A stretch of 64,000 bases of DNA from Mobula hypostoma (GCF_963921235.1 NC_086107.1:93002001-93066000); one strand, 5' to 3'; counted from the first letter of the stretch, positions 1 to 13,328 are shown. Numbers and translations: made by a program. Notes: generated by a model from the letters alone, not told the origin.

Positions 1-471
1 CGAACGGTTGGCGGGCTTGGTAATTGGGAAATGGTTTATTATTGTCGCATGCACCAAGATACAGTGAAAGGCTTTGTCTGCATCCCCTCCAGACGGGTCA
101 TTCCATACACTGAGGTAGTACAAGGGAAAGCAATAACAGAATGCAGAGTAAAGTCTTAGAGTTACAGTGTAGATAGACAATAAGGTGCAAGCGCCACAAC
201 GAGACATATTGAGAGTTCAAGAGTTCAGTGAGCAACTGGGAGCATTTCTGCAGACAAAGAGATGCTCTGCAGACTTCTTATCCAAAGCTTTGGCAACTTA
301 TTCCTACTCTGGTTCTGTGGAATCTATCACTTGTGTTACCCTGAATCTTGGTTCGACTGATGAGATGAAATTGGAATAAGATCCTACTTTCACAATAAAA
401 TCAGTGATTCTGATTCTGACTGCTACAAAACTACCAAATAGTTGTTAAACTTTTGTCCTCTGTACCCTATC

Positions 472-849
472 ATCATCATTATTATGTGCCGTCTTGTATG
501 ATGTGGGCGAATATGGTCTATGACTATGATTGTTTTTGGCAATTTTTTTTCCCAGAAGTGGTTTGCCATCGCCTTCTTCTGGGCAGTGACTTTACAAGAC
601 AGGTAACCCCAGCCATTATCAATACTCTCCAGAGATTGTCTGCCCAGCATCAGTGATCACATAACCAGGACTTGTGATCTGCACCGGCTGCTCATACGAC
701 CATCAACCTCCTGCTCCCATGGCTTCACGTCACCCTGATCATGGGGCTAAGCAGGTGCTACACCTTGCCCAAGGGTGACCTTCAGGCTAGGGGAAGGAAA
801 GAGTGTCTTACACCTCCTTTGGTAGAGACGTATCTCCACCCCACCACCC
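472..849 (-). mobile_element. RTE-related non-autonomous retroelement (SINE-like), copy 1
   Basis: Near-repeat of 12970-13328. Contains the agaagtggtttgccatcgccttc motif seen in RTE/BovB-partner SINEs. (GAT)n-like tail reads catcatcat on +. Confidence 0.55.
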
Positions 850-2360
850 ATCAGTACCCTATAGCGATATTAAATGGCTTCTGAAATGGGTGGACAGGAC
901 AGAGATGGGGTGAAGAGTCTGAGTTTTTTCGGTAGAGTTGCAAAAACTTACACACACAGAAGATCTGTTGCCAATTAAACCTGGGCTTTCTTAGCATTTT
1001 AATGTTATATGTAAAAATAAACTTTATTCACAATGAATTATTTACAAGAATAAATCTTGCATTCATAGATAATGTGTTAAATAGTGTTCTATGAAATTAA
1101 ACTCAATTGCACCATTGACAATCATGTGGCTCTCTGGGCTGGTACACTACTACAATAACCGAGGCGATTCCTCACCCAAACCACCCCCTTCCTGCCCAGT
1201 AGCAGAAGAACCCTATACTGTCAATAGAGACACTGCCAAATGGTTGGCACGAGATTGGCACTCCCCATGGAAGGACTGAGTTCCAGCTGTCGCTCTCCTC
1301 GATGCTGACGGAGGATGCTTATTGAAATTCCGAGACTTATGTAACTGTTGGTGCGGACTGTAGTTTACATGATCTCATTCAGTTTTCTGTGTTTTCTCTC
1401 TTTTTGCCATTTTCTGGCTGGGCAGTGTGCTAGTTTTTGTGCGAGGGAGGGGTTGGGGAGGTGGGTTTTGGGTTTGATATTCCAGCTGCCATTTTCAGGT
1501 GGGCGATTGGTTAGTTTTTGTGCGAAGGAGGGGGTTTGGGGTTTGCGTGTTTTGATTCTTTTTCACGCAAGGGAGAGGGGTGCTGATGTCTTTTCTTCCA
1601 ACAACTTGAGTTGAGCTGCTGATCAGGGACAATATCACAGCTACACTCAGTATCTGGAGGGGTCATTTGGGTGGAGCTCGGGAATAGGAAAGGTGCGATC
1701 ACACTGATGGGATTGTACTACAGACCCTCTAATAGCCACCGGGATATTGAGGAACAAATATGTAATCAGATTAAGGTAAAAATAATCGGGTTGTTGTCAT
1801 GGGGGATTTCAGCTTCCCTAAAATACACTGAGTCCTTCTTAGTGTAAGGGGATTAGCTGGGGCAAAATGTGTTAAGTGTATCCAAGTGAGTTTCTTACAC
1901 CAAAATGAAGATGGTCCAATGAGAGGAAGGGCTGTCCTGGGTAATGAGCCTGGCCAGGTAACTGACCAGGGTGAGAAGTTAAGAATCAGTGATCTCAACA
2001 CCTTAACTTCCAGGGTAACTATAGATAAGGATAGGTATGGTCATTATGGGAGAGCTTTAAATTGGAGTCAGGCAAATTATAAGGACATTAGGCAGGAACT
2101 AAACAGGGTTAATTGGGAACACCTTTTCTTCCAGGCAAATCCACATCAGATGTTTAAAGGTCAATTGCACAGAGTACAAGAAAGGTATGTTGCTGTTAGA
2201 AGGAAGGACAGGGATGACAAAATAAGAGAACATTGGATGTCTGGAGAAGTAATGAATTTAATCAAGAAGAAGAAGGAAAAGTATGTAAAGCTTCAGAAGT
2301 TAAGATCCAACGGAGCACATGAGGAGTAGAAAGAAGCCAGAAAAGAAGTAAAGACGAGAA

Positions 2361-2728
2361 TACCTACAAAATGTTAAAAGGACCAGATAGGGTGGATGTG
2401 GAGAGGACGTTTCCTAGTGGGGGTATCCACAGCTGGAGGGCACAGCTTCAAAAGTGACGGGGCAGCCTTTTAGAATGGAGGTAAGGAGGATTTTTTCTTT
2501 ATCCAGAGAGTAGTAAATCCATGGAATGCTCTGCCACAGATTGCGGTGGAGGCCAAGAATGTGGGTATATCTAAGGTGGAAGTTGGAAGTTTCTTGATCG
2601 GCCAGGGCATTAAAGGATATGGCGAGAAGGCAGGTGTATGGGATGGAGTGGGATCCGTGATCAGCCATAATGGAATGGTGGAGCAGACTCAATGGGCTGA
2701 ATGGCCTAATTCAGCTCCAAATGCCTTA
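2361..2728 (+). mobile_element. CR1 3' fragment nested in the 1.6-5.2 kb CR1
   Basis: Matches the 3' end of the 45.9-48.5 kb CR1 (gatgtggagagg...gtgggatcc...agcagactc). Host CR1 sequence resumes at ggaattaggaaagcc. Confidence 0.8.
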
Positions 2729-3170
2729 CGGAATTAGGAAAGCCAGGAGCAGTCACGAAAAGTCGTTGGCAAGTAGGACTAAGATGAATCCCAAGGCTTC
2801 CTATATATACATCAAGAGCAAGAGGATAACTAGGAAGAGGGTGGGACCACTCAGGGATAAAGAGGGCAACATTTGCTTGGACGTGGAGAATATGAGTATC
2901 TTGCTTCAATGCTTACCAAGGAAAAGGATATGGAGGACGAGGATATCAGTGCATTAATGTGTTAGGGTGTTTAGAGGTCGAGGAGGAGGAGGTGTTGGGT
3001 CTCCTTGGATGTATTAAGGTGGATGTCCCCAGGACTCGATGAGATTTACCCCAGGTTATTGAGGGAGGCATGAGACAAGATTGACAGGACCTTGACCAGT
3101 AACTTCATGTCCGCTTAAGCACAAGTGAGGTCCTGGAGGACAGGCGAATGGCTAATACTGTACTTGTATT

Positions 3171-3834
3171 TAGATTATGAGGACACTCAGTCCTCGTTTA
3201 TTGTCATTTAGAAATGCACGCATTAAAAAATGATACAACATTCCTCCAGAATGATATCACAAGAAACACAAGACAAACCAAGACTAAAACTGACAAAACC
3301 ACATAATTATAACATATAGTTACAATAGTGCAAAGCAATACCGCAATACCATGGGCACTGTAAAAAAAAGTCTCAAAGTCCCAATAGACTCATCATCTCA
3401 CGCAGGCAGCAGAAGGGAGAAACTCTCCCTGCCATGAACCTCCAAGCGCCGCAAACTTGCCGATGCAGCACCATTGGAAGCACCCGACCACAGCGGACTC
3501 TGAGTCCAGCCGAAAACTTCGAGCCTCCGACAAACCCCTCCAACACAGCCTCTCTGAGCACCATCCTCTGCCGAGCACTTCAACCCCCCCCCCCCGGCCA
3601 CCGAGCAACAAGCAAAGCTGAGGACTTGGGGCCTTCCCCTCGGGAGATTCTGGACCACACAGTAGCTGCAGCAGCGAAACAGGCATCTCAGAAGTTTCAC
3701 CAGATGTTCCTCCATGCTCTCACGTCTGTCTCCATCAGATCAGGATTGTGCACGGCATCCTACTTGACAAATAACAGACATCACCACTGGAGTGGCCGCT
3801 GCGAGCTGTGTTACGCTGCCATCTTCTCCTCCCT
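3171..3834 (-). mobile_element. ~650-bp non-autonomous retroelement with an AGGGAGGAGAAGATGGC 5' end, copy A
   Basis: Reverse-complement repeat of 10121-10747. Interrupts CR1 ORF2 just before KGTRESPRNYRP. Ends in an atgacaataaa...cataatcta tail. Confidence 0.75.
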
Positions 3835-6021
3835 CCAGAAGGGAACAAGGGAAAGTCCTAGGAACTATCGACCGGTAAGTCTCACGTCAGCTGTAGGGAA
3901 ATAGCTGATGAAAATTCTTAGGGGTAGGGTATATGAGCATTTGGGAACTCATGGTCTAATTAGGGAGAACCAGCATGGCTTTGTGCGGGGGCAAGTCGTG
4001 CCTTACAATTTTATTGAATTTTTTGACAACGTGAGAGAGATTGATGAAGGTAGAGCAGTGGATGTTGTCTACATGGATTTATTAAGGCGTTTGATGAAGT
4101 CCCTCATGGGAGGCTAATCCAGAAGATTAGGATGCATGGGATCTGCAGCGAATTGGCTTTTGTATTCAAAACTAGCGTGTGCGTTGAAGATGGAAGGTAG
4201 TGGTTGAAGGGATTTGTTTAAGCTGGAGGACTGTAATTAGCCGAGTTCCGCAGGGATCTGTGCTGGGACTCCGCCGTTGGTGATGTACATAAGTAACCTG
4301 GATGAAAATGTGGATGGGTGGGTTAGTAAGTTTGTTGATGACACCAAGATTGGTGGAGTTATGGGTAGTGTAGAAGAAATACAGCACGATATAGATATGG
4401 GCAGAGAAATGGCAGATGGAGTTTAACCCAGATGAATGTGAGGTGTTGCACCTTAGTAGGGGCAAATGACCCTTAGCTGTATCACTGAGCAGAGATATCT
4501 TGGGGTCCAAGTTCACAGCTCCTTGAAAGTGACTACACAGGTTGATAAGGTGGTTAAGAAGGCTTATGGAATGCTTACTTCTATTAGTTGAGGCATTGAG
4601 TTCAAAGGTCAAGAGGTTATGTTGCAACTTTATAAATCTCTATTTAGGCCACATCTGGAGTATTGCGTACGTTTCTGGTCACCCCACTATAGGAAGGATG
4701 TTGAGGCTTTGGAGAGGGTGCAGAAGAGGTTTACCAGGATGCTGCCTGGTTTAGAGGGCATGAGCTATCACGAGAGACTAGATGAACTTGGGTTGTTTTC
4801 TTTGGTGTGGCAGAGGTTGACGAGAGATCTGATGGAGGGTTATAAGATTATGAGAGGCATAGACAGAGTAAACAGGGCACCTGTTTCCCAGGGTAGAAAT
4901 GTCTAATACCAGAGGGCATGCATTGAAGGCGAGAGAGTGTAGATTCAAGGGGAAAGAGAGGAGCGAGTTTTTTACTCAGAGAGTGGTGGATGGCTGGAAT
5001 GTGCTACCTGGTATGGTGGTAGAGACACATACAATAGAGGCCTTTAAGAGATGTTTAGATAGGCATATGAATATGCAGAAGATGGAGGAATATGGACACG
5101 TGTAGGTAGGAAGGATTAAGTTTTGGAGATTTTTTTGATTTACTTTTTGGCTGGTTTGGCACAACACTGTGGGACGAAGGGTCTGTTCCTGTGCTGTACT
5201 GTTCAATGTTCTATTAAAGAAAAAAATAACACTGAGAGAATGAGTTGCAGAGTGCACTCTGACTGCGCTGGGGATTTGAAATTCACACAATTAAATAAAT
5301 GTGGAATTACAGAAGCAAAAGCTTGTCTCAATAAGGTAATCACAAAACTTGCCTTACTGTTGGCAAAGATCATCTAGTTCTCTAATGAAGGAAATTTGCC
5401 TCTCGTATGCATGACCCCTGACCCACCAACATCGTTCTATCAGATTCCGCTTTCAAATTCAGACTTAATAATTTCTCACGTGTAAATGGAAACACACTGT
5501 GAAATGTGTAATTTGCGTCACCAACCAACACTGTCTGAGGATGTGCTGGGGGCAGTCCACGAGGGTCAACACCCAGGCGGCATCACTAGAGCACGCCCAC
5601 GCCCACCATGCTAGAACAGCGCCAAGCACAGCAAGCCGCAAAACAATGGCAACAAAACACCTTAACAAGGTTTAAAAGCCATCTACTGTAGATAGGTCCA
5701 TGGGTAGGAGCGGTTAGAGGACCGTGGGCCAAAGGTGGGCCGATAGGATTAGCTCATTGGGCAATGCTGTTGGCAGGGTCTTTTTCTTCACAGTGCAACT
5801 CTACAGGTCTGCGATGGTTGGCTTCTTTGCCCAGAGGCAAGCAGAGAAATTCCACCCTCCATAAGCAAATTTTAAAAAAAAGTATAATTAGTGCATAAAG
5901 AGCTGTTCGACACAGTTGCTCCTTGCCTGGATTTGCCCAAAAAAAAAAGTGGTCCCTTCCATGTGCTTGACTCCCTCCAATTCCACCTCAGATTCTTGGA
6001 AGCACTTGTTTAAGCAGGCTA

Positions 6022-6239
6022 GGGAATTCCCAGCACTGCATATAGCAGAGACTGAGGATTAAAACCCTTACGAGGGGAATCCTGACTCACTCTGTGACTC
6101 ATTGCTCAATATTGCTTGGCTGAACTTTGGTGAGGGAAGGCGAGCTGGTGGATTATGGAGATGAGTGTGTGTGTGTGTATGTGTGTGTGTGAGAGAGAGA
6201 GAGAGGGAGAGAGGGGAAGCCTTGTCTTGGGATGAGTCA
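6022..6239. promoter_or_regulatory. Candidate enhancer: NF-kB, AP-1 and C/EBP motif cluster
   Basis: GGGAATTCCC 6022-6031, GGGGAATCC 6074-6082, TGACTCA 6083-6089 and 6095-6101, ATTGCTCAAT 6101-6110, TGAGTCA 6233-6239, in apparently non-repetitive sequence. Confidence 0.4.
6165..6212. repeat. (TG)n(GA)n compound microsatellite
   Basis: Seen directly. Confidence 0.95.
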
Positions 6240-6939
6240 TTGCCATATGCCTGGAGTTTTGTCAGAGCCAGCCACTCTGTCAGACATCAACACACAGCAA
6301 CGGAGATTGGGATCGCCCTGCCGACACTGGGGTTAGGATTGAGGGGCTGGGTCAACAATGAACTGGCAAATTTGATGTGTCCAATGCACTACATTTCATT
6401 CCAACCAAGCGCCTCACGTTCCACCTAATGATTTTGCCTTGACACTTTTTCTATGTTTATTTTAGTGAGTTGTGATCTAGCCCATCATCAGTTGTCTTCG
6501 AATGGTGGGGGAAGGGAAGGAGAAGATGGCTGGGTTTTTTCTGAGGGCACTTAAGGGATTCAGCTCTGCCTGACCTGCTGAGTTCATCCAGCACTCTGTG
6601 TGTGTGTGTTGCTCAAGATTTCCAGTGTCTCCACAATCTCTAGTTTTTAGATTAATATATCGTTTTCTTTGGTGGGTACCTGCATTTTTATTCATCACAC
6701 CAAAGCTTTTATGACTTTCCAGCAAATATAGAAGTCAGCCAATCCAGATAGCAAGGGTGACATGTATTCACGAGTGACGACTGATCCTGGTGGGCTTTTA
6801 CAATAATCTGACAGCTTCATCATCACCAGTAGTGGGGCTGATTTTATTTGTAGTCACACATCATGAAAATAGGCCCTTCAGCCCATCCAGTCCCTGCTGA
6901 CCATCAAGCACCCGTTTTGCACTGAGCCTACAATAATAC

Positions 6940-7578
6940 AGTGACCTGTCCTCATTGAGAGGTCACTGGTGGAAGGGGTGAGCAGCTTAAAGTTCCTCGG
7001 TGTCAGCGTCCATCCCGGGCCCAACACATTGATGGCATTATGGAGAGGGCTTCCTACTTCATTAGGAGTTTGAGGAGATATAGTGCGTCACCGAAGACTC
7101 TAGCAAGCTTCTACAGATGTGTGGTGGTTCTGAATGGTTGTATCTCCACTTGAGGCTCCAATGCACAGGATCGAAAGAGGCTACAGAGAGCTGCAGACTC
7201 AGCCATCTCCATCAGCGGCACGTCCCTCTCCACCATTGAGGACATCCTCAAGAAGGCAGCATCCAACACTAAGGGCCCGCACCACCCAGGACGTACCCTC
7301 TCCTCAGTTCTACCACCAGGGTAGAAATGGAGCTTGAAGACACATATCCAATGTTTTCTGAACAGTTTTATCCCCTCCATTGTCAGATTTCTGAAAGGTC
7401 CATGAATCCATGAACACTACCTTGATATTATTGTTTTGCTTTATCTATCTATCCATTTATTTATCTATCCGTCTATCTATTTACTACAACTTAAGAGTAT
7501 TTTTAGTAAATTGCACTGTACTGTTGCCCCAAAACAGATTTCATGATATGCCAGTGATAATAAACCTGATTCCGATTC
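6940..7578 (+). mobile_element. Rex1/L2-type LINE 3' fragment
   Basis: Same family as 15639-16563 (gtgagcagcttaaagttcctcgg, tacttcattaggagtttgaggaga). Ends in an aataaacctgattccgattctg tail. Confidence 0.7.
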
Positions 7579-8340
7579 TGGTCCCGTTTCTTTTAGTTCT
7601 CCCCTCATTCCTATCAACCACCCTACTCCCTCCCCCCGAGATTGTACACCTCACCTACACACCAGGGAAAACTTTCAGTGGCAAATTAGCCCACCAACCC
7701 GCCCGCCATTGGGGTGTAGGAGGAAACCGGAACACCACGTGGTCACGGGGAAGAAGTGCAAACTCCACACCTCAGTAGTGCTGGAGGCTGGGATTGAACC
7801 TGGGACTCTAGAGCCGAGAGGCAGCAGGACGATCTGCTGCACCAGTGCACTGCTAGTAATTGTAGGTGTATCGGTGGGATCGCGTGGGATTATCGCACAG
7901 TAACATTAAGGCCTACAGCACAATGGGTAACATTCCTTGTCCTAGTCCATCTTGCATTCCATTGCCCCTCCCTCTTCCCCACTGGCTGCTGTGCTTTTAG
8001 TTGGCAGGGAGTGGGGGGAATCTAGTTGCTCTCCCTAAGCCCTCCCTGCCTCTCCAATTCCCACCCCCTCGCCATAAAACCCACCACAGAGGTGGATCCA
8101 CAGTCCCCACGAGCCCAGCGTTGCCAAGTGATTGAGCTCAGTGGTGGACAGAAGTAAAGAAAGAGTTGGCACTCATTTCACCCTTTCAACATCTTCATAA
8201 AGTGCAGCACTCTTGATGTGTGAGTCCAGTTGTGACATCCAAAGGAGACAGCCGATGTGTACACAGGAAGCTCCCACAAGCACCAATGTGACGGCCACAA
8301 TATGATCATTCGGAGTTCAAAGTTATTATCAAGGTATGTA

Positions 8341-8850
8341 CAATACTGAGCAAAAGTCTTAGGCACATGTAAAAAAAATCTGTAAAGCGAAGGTGCTTTC
8401 AAACACAATGAAATGACATTTCCTAAATATCAAAAAAATTGCTACAATGAGCATTAAACAGTGAAAAAAAACAAGGGTCTCGGCCTGAAACGTCGACTGC
8501 GCCTCTTCCTACAGATGCTGCCTGGCCTGCTGCGTTCACCAGCAACTTTGATGTATGTTGCTTGAATTTCCAGCATCTGCAGAATTCCTGTTGTTTAAAT
8601 CAAATCAATAGTTGGTGTGCCTTTAAAACCGCATCAATTCTCTCAGGTACACTATCGTGCTGTTTTATAAGAAAAGCGGCTGGCAGGTTGTTCCAAACAT
8701 CTTGGAGAAGTTTAGAAGTTTCACAGTTCTTCTGCAGACTCCGCCTGTCTCGCTTGCTTCTGTCTCTCCAGGCAGACTCGATGATGTTGAAATCGCGGCC
8801 GAGCCATCAGGAATCGTATTAAAAACCTAGGGTGCCTTGGCACAGTACTG
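8341..8850 (-). mobile_element. Tc1/mariner-derived MITE (TIR cagtactgtgcaaaagtcttaggcac type) containing a Penelope 3' fragment (~8473-8596)
   Basis: TA at 8339-8340 and 8851-8852. Termini caatactgagcaaaag and gcacagtactg. Inverse of 50383-50787. Interrupts a LINE-tail repeat. Confidence 0.8.
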
Positions 8851-10120
8851 TATGTGTTACCATGTGCTAACTTCAGATTCATTTTTCTTGCAGGCATTTT
8901 CAGGAAAAAGAAATACAATAGGATTTTGATAAAAACTATACATAAGCAGACAGACTGAGAAACAACCAATGTACAAAAGAAGACAAACTGTGTAATATAA
9001 AAAATACTGAGAGCATGACTTGCAAAGAGCTCTCGAAAGTGAGTCCATAAGTCGTAGAATCAGTTCAGAGTTGTAACTGAAATTATCCACACCAGTTCAG
9101 GAGCCCAATGGTTATAGGGTAAGAACAGTCCCTCAGCCTAGTGGTGTGGGACTTAAAGCTTCTCTACCTCCTTCCTGATGGCAGCAGTGAGAAGAGAGCA
9201 TGGCCTGGACGATGGGAGTCCTTGATGATGGATGCTGCTTTCTTTTGGCCAGCTCTCCACGTAAGTGTGCTCAATAGTGGGGAGGGCTTTTCCCGCGATG
9301 GACTGGGCAGTGTCCCACCACATCCTTTTCTTGCTGCTTCCATCAGGAAGAAGCCTCAGGACTCACACCACTAGGTTCAAGAACAGTTACTACCCCTCAA
9401 CCATCAGGCTCTTGAACAAAAGAGGATAACTGCACTCACCTATTAAGATATTCCCACAACCAATGATCTTACTTAAAGGACTCTTTATCTTGTTATTTCA
9501 TGCTCTCATTATTTATTGCTGTCTATTTACATTTGCATTTGTACAGTTTGTTGTCTTCTAAACACTTGCTCTTTCGTTGATCCTGTTTACAGTTACTATT
9601 CTATAGGTTTGCTGAATATGCCCACAGGAAAAAGACTCTCAGGGTTGTATGTGGTGACATGTACGTACTCTGATAATAAATTTTGCTTTGAACCTTGAAC
9701 ATCCTAGATTTTAGGAACAACCTACTATCTGATTTTCTTATAAAACTGCACGCCAGCGTACTGTACCTAAGAGAACTGATGCAGCAGGACTATCCAGTGC
9801 ATTATTGCACCACAAGTGGACATTTCCTTCCTGGCCATTGGTGTTTCTATACCCGGCCGTGACGCCTAAGTGAGGGATAAATATTGTCTTTGACAAGTTG
9901 CCTGCCAGCCCTTTTTCAAGGTGACTCTGTGCGAGAAGGGATGTGGCCTTGATTTAATGGTCCTTGGTAGCTGGTAAATCAGTTTATTTCTTTCACAAGT
10001 TGAAAAATACAGCGAAAAGCTTAATTTTGCTTACTGTCCATCCAGATCATTTCACAGCAACAGTACACCCAGGTAGTATAAAGGGAAAACAGTAACAGAA
10101 TGCATCAAGAGTCCATCAAG

Positions 10121-10747
10121 AGGGAGGAGAAGATGGCGGTGCAATGCAGCGTGCGCAGCCTCTCCGGTGAAATGATATCATATCTGTTAAATAGGGGCCG
10201 TGCACAATTCTGATTTGATGGAGACAGCTGTGAGAGCACGGAGGAACATCTGGAGTAACTTCTGAAATGCCCGGTTCGCTGCCGCTGCTACTGTGCGATC
10301 GAGAATCTCCGGAGGGAAGGCCCCAAAGTCCCCGGCTTTGCCTGCTGCTGGCAACTGAGGCTGGGGTTGAAGCGTTCGGCAGAGATGGTGCTCGGTACTC
10401 AGTGTCAGAGGACTAATCGGAGCTTGAAGTTTTCGGATGACTCAGAGTTGGACTGTGGTCGGGCATGGCAGGGAGAGTTTTCTTCCTTCTCCTGTCTGCG
10501 TGAGATGTGGGACTTTCGAGAGACTTTGAACTTTTTTACTGTGCTCATGGCCTGTTCTTCATCAAGTTATGGTATTACTTGCACTGTTGTAAATATATGT
10601 TATAATTATGTGGATTTTGTCAGTTTTTCAGTATTAGTCAGTCCTGTGTTTCTGTGATATCACACCGGAGGAATATTGTATAATTTCTTAATGCATGCAT
10701 TACTAAATGACAATAAAAGAGGACTGCATATCCTCATAATCTAATCT
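10121..10747 (+). mobile_element. ~630-bp non-autonomous retroelement, copy B
   Basis: Starts agggaggagaagatggcgg and ends cataatctaatc. Inverse repeat of 3171-3834. Confidence 0.75.
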
Positions 10748-11131
10748 TATCATCAAGGTCTATTCAATAGTATTATACAGCAGGATAGAAGCTGTCCTTA
10801 AGCCCGGTGAGATGTATCTTCTGTCTGGTAGGAGGGAGAAGAAGAGAGAATGACAGGGGTGAGAGGGGTGTTTTATTACTTTGCTTTTATGAGGCTGCAA
10901 GGAACGTAGAGGTTGGTTGGTTGGGAGGCTGGTTCCATGATGCGCTGGGCTGTGCACGCAGCTCTCTGCAGTTTCTCGTCTTCTCAGGCAGAGAAGTCGG
11001 CACGCTGCAGCCAGACAGGAAGCTTTCTATGGTGCATCTGAGGGTGAATGGGGACATGCCAAATTTGCTTCGTCTTTTGAGGAAGTAGAGGTGCTGGGGT
11101 ATTTTCCTGGCCTTGGCATCTACCTATTCAC

Positions 11132-11415
11132 CTGAAAGACAATGTAGCATTCTCCCCGCCCTACACCATGGTGTGAACTTGTCTCTAAGGCTTGAAGAAT
11201 TCACGGTGAAAGTGGAGATGAGCTACAACCAAAACAACTCCAAAGAAGCCGGGGTCGTTGTATTTGGTTACCCAGACGTTAAGCTCACCACTTCATCAGG
11301 TCATGTGTCACGTGTCCAGTGTCAGTGGTGGGTTAAGGGTGGCATGGTGAAAATCCTCAAGCCTACCACGGGGGAATCCACAGGGAATGCTCGACTTTGA
11401 TGCCATCACGGGGCT
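11132..11415 (-). other. Candidate host exon (mostly 5'UTR-like; possible start MLHCLS at 11150)
   Basis: Minus-strand acceptor tttaattctttcgcag at 11416-11431 and donor CAG|GTGAAT at 11132/11131. Lies in a unique GC-richer island. No homology recognised. Confidence 0.3.
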
Positions 11416-12969
11416 CTGCGAAAGAATTAAATCATCGAGGAACAGAACACTGGAAAGAGCGAGCAGTGATTAAAACAATCTCAGGCTGCTGTTTTTGGCA
11501 GCCGATACCCTGCCTCTTGACGGGAGTGAGGGTAACAGGGAACGCCTTCCCCACGTTCTGGGGCCTTCTCTGGTGGGACCAGCTCCCCGGGGGTAGGGGA
11601 AGTACGCTGTCACACGGCGGAGTTAGATAGAGAGTCATAGGAGAGCTGACTCTGAGTGTGTGTGTTTGTATGTGCGGGTATGTGTCTGGGGGGGGCTGGT
11701 GTTCTCCCCTCTCCGCTCTCTGTGCTCTCCTTCCGCTGGACAGAGCAGGTGCAGCCAAAGTGAGCGCGGATGGACTCCCGGCACCGTGTGTACCCTGCAT
11801 CTCCCTGGCAACAGCTGTGCCCTCAGGGGGCTGTTTCAGGATATTAAGGAATGTGGAGAGAAGGGGAGAGGAGCTGCGAATGGGAACAGAGGATTCAGAG
11901 GGGCTCTTTGTAAGTTAATGCAGGGACACAGCGGATCCGGGGAGAGGAATGGATGTTTGTACACAGCAAGGAAGGTGAGAGTAAGCGTACGGCCCGGACT
12001 AGAAGGGCTGAGATGGCCTGTTTCTGTGCTGTAATTGTTATATGGTTATAAGGAAAGGGATGGGGGGGGGGGAGATGTGAGGTAGCAGAGGGGCAAGTAG
12101 TGAATGAAGTATTATAAGGGGAGATTGATTCGTGACTCAATCAGTTCGCACCCTGGAGTGGGAAGGTTGTACATTCCGATCCCACTTTATACCCAGTGTC
12201 GCAGTTAAGTGCTGAGGGAGTTCTGTACTGCTTATAATAAAGATAGATTAACTTTATTTGTCACGAGTACATCAAAACATGCAATGAAATGTGTCGTTTG
12301 GACTGTGGGAGGATACAGTCATGGGGAGAACGTACAAACTCCTTCCAGATGGCAGAGGGAATTGATGCCCAGTCTTACAGCTGGCATTATAAAGTTTTGC
12401 ACTAACTTCTACGGTACCGTACCGCTCTTGTTTTATACCACAACACGTCACTAGCCCCAGCCTACGTGCCACCAAGGACAGAAGGATGCCAGGAAAAGGT
12501 CAGCAATACCAAGAAGCATCCCAACCACCCTGCTCGTGGACTGTTTGTCCCACTCCCGTCAGTGAGGAGGCTACGTAGCATCCACATCAGGACGATAAGG
12601 CTCAGAAACTGTTACCCTGCCCCCCGGCACCAAGCTGTCAGGCTGATCAACACCTCCAGCGATTAACTCACCCCACCACCCTCCCTTCACCACTACATCC
12701 ACATCAGCCATTCCCCTTCACAGATCCTCAGCACCCTTCATCTCCCCAGACGCGGCCACTTTACAGTTGCAGTCCACACACACAGTCACTGTCCTACTGT
12801 GTTTCCACGTGTCCTGTTATACCTAGAAGAGATTCTCAGGACAAGAGTCACTTTGTCACTTTATCATTTCCTGTCAGAGTCACCTTATGTACAGATACTC
12901 CTGCACCTCACATCACTTTGTCTACAGTCTATCAGTCTATGTACTGTATATCGTTTGTTATGTACTGTG

Positions 12970-13328
12970 TCATATGATGTAGGCGATCAAGGTCTTTCTA
13001 TGACCATGATTTTTCTGCAGAATTGGTTTGCCATTGCCTTCTTCTGGGCAGTGTCTCTACAAGATGGGTGACCCCCAGCCATTACCAATATGCTTTGGAG
13101 ATTGTCTGCCTGGTGTCAGTGGTCACATAACCAGGACTTGTGATGTGCACCAGCTGCTCATACGACCGTCCACCACCTGCTCCCGTGGCTTCACATGACC
13201 CTGATTTTTTTTGGGGGGGAGGGGGTTAAGCAGATGCTACACCTTGCCCAAGGGTGATGTGCAGGCGGGCAGTGGGAAGGAGCGCCTTACACCTCCTTTG
13301 GGAGAGACGTATCTCCACCCCACCACCC
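12970..13328 (-). mobile_element. RTE-related non-autonomous retroelement, copy 2
   Basis: Repeat of 472-849. Confidence 0.55.

Larger units (their letters stand above)
1615..5212 (+). mobile_element. CR1-type (HER1-like) LINE, decayed ORF2 (endonuclease + RT + 3' end), interrupted by two insertions
   Basis: Translated motifs IWVELGNRKGAITLMGLYYRP, NYRPVSLTS, NQHGFVRG, AVDVVYMD, VPQGSVLG, KFVDDTKIGG and LYKSLFRPHLEYCVRFWSPHYRKD. Many stops and frameshifts. Confidence 0.9.

Noticed and set aside
280..380. Possible minus-strand acceptor (ttccaatttcatctcatcag) and small exon
   Set aside because: The donor is weak and the joined peptide is unrecognisable, so it cannot be told from chance.
11113..11400. 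95-aa plus-strand ORF with protein-like composition
   Set aside because: Starts at TTG, has no recognisable domain and no convincing plus-strand splice sites. The splice signals present are on the minus strand.
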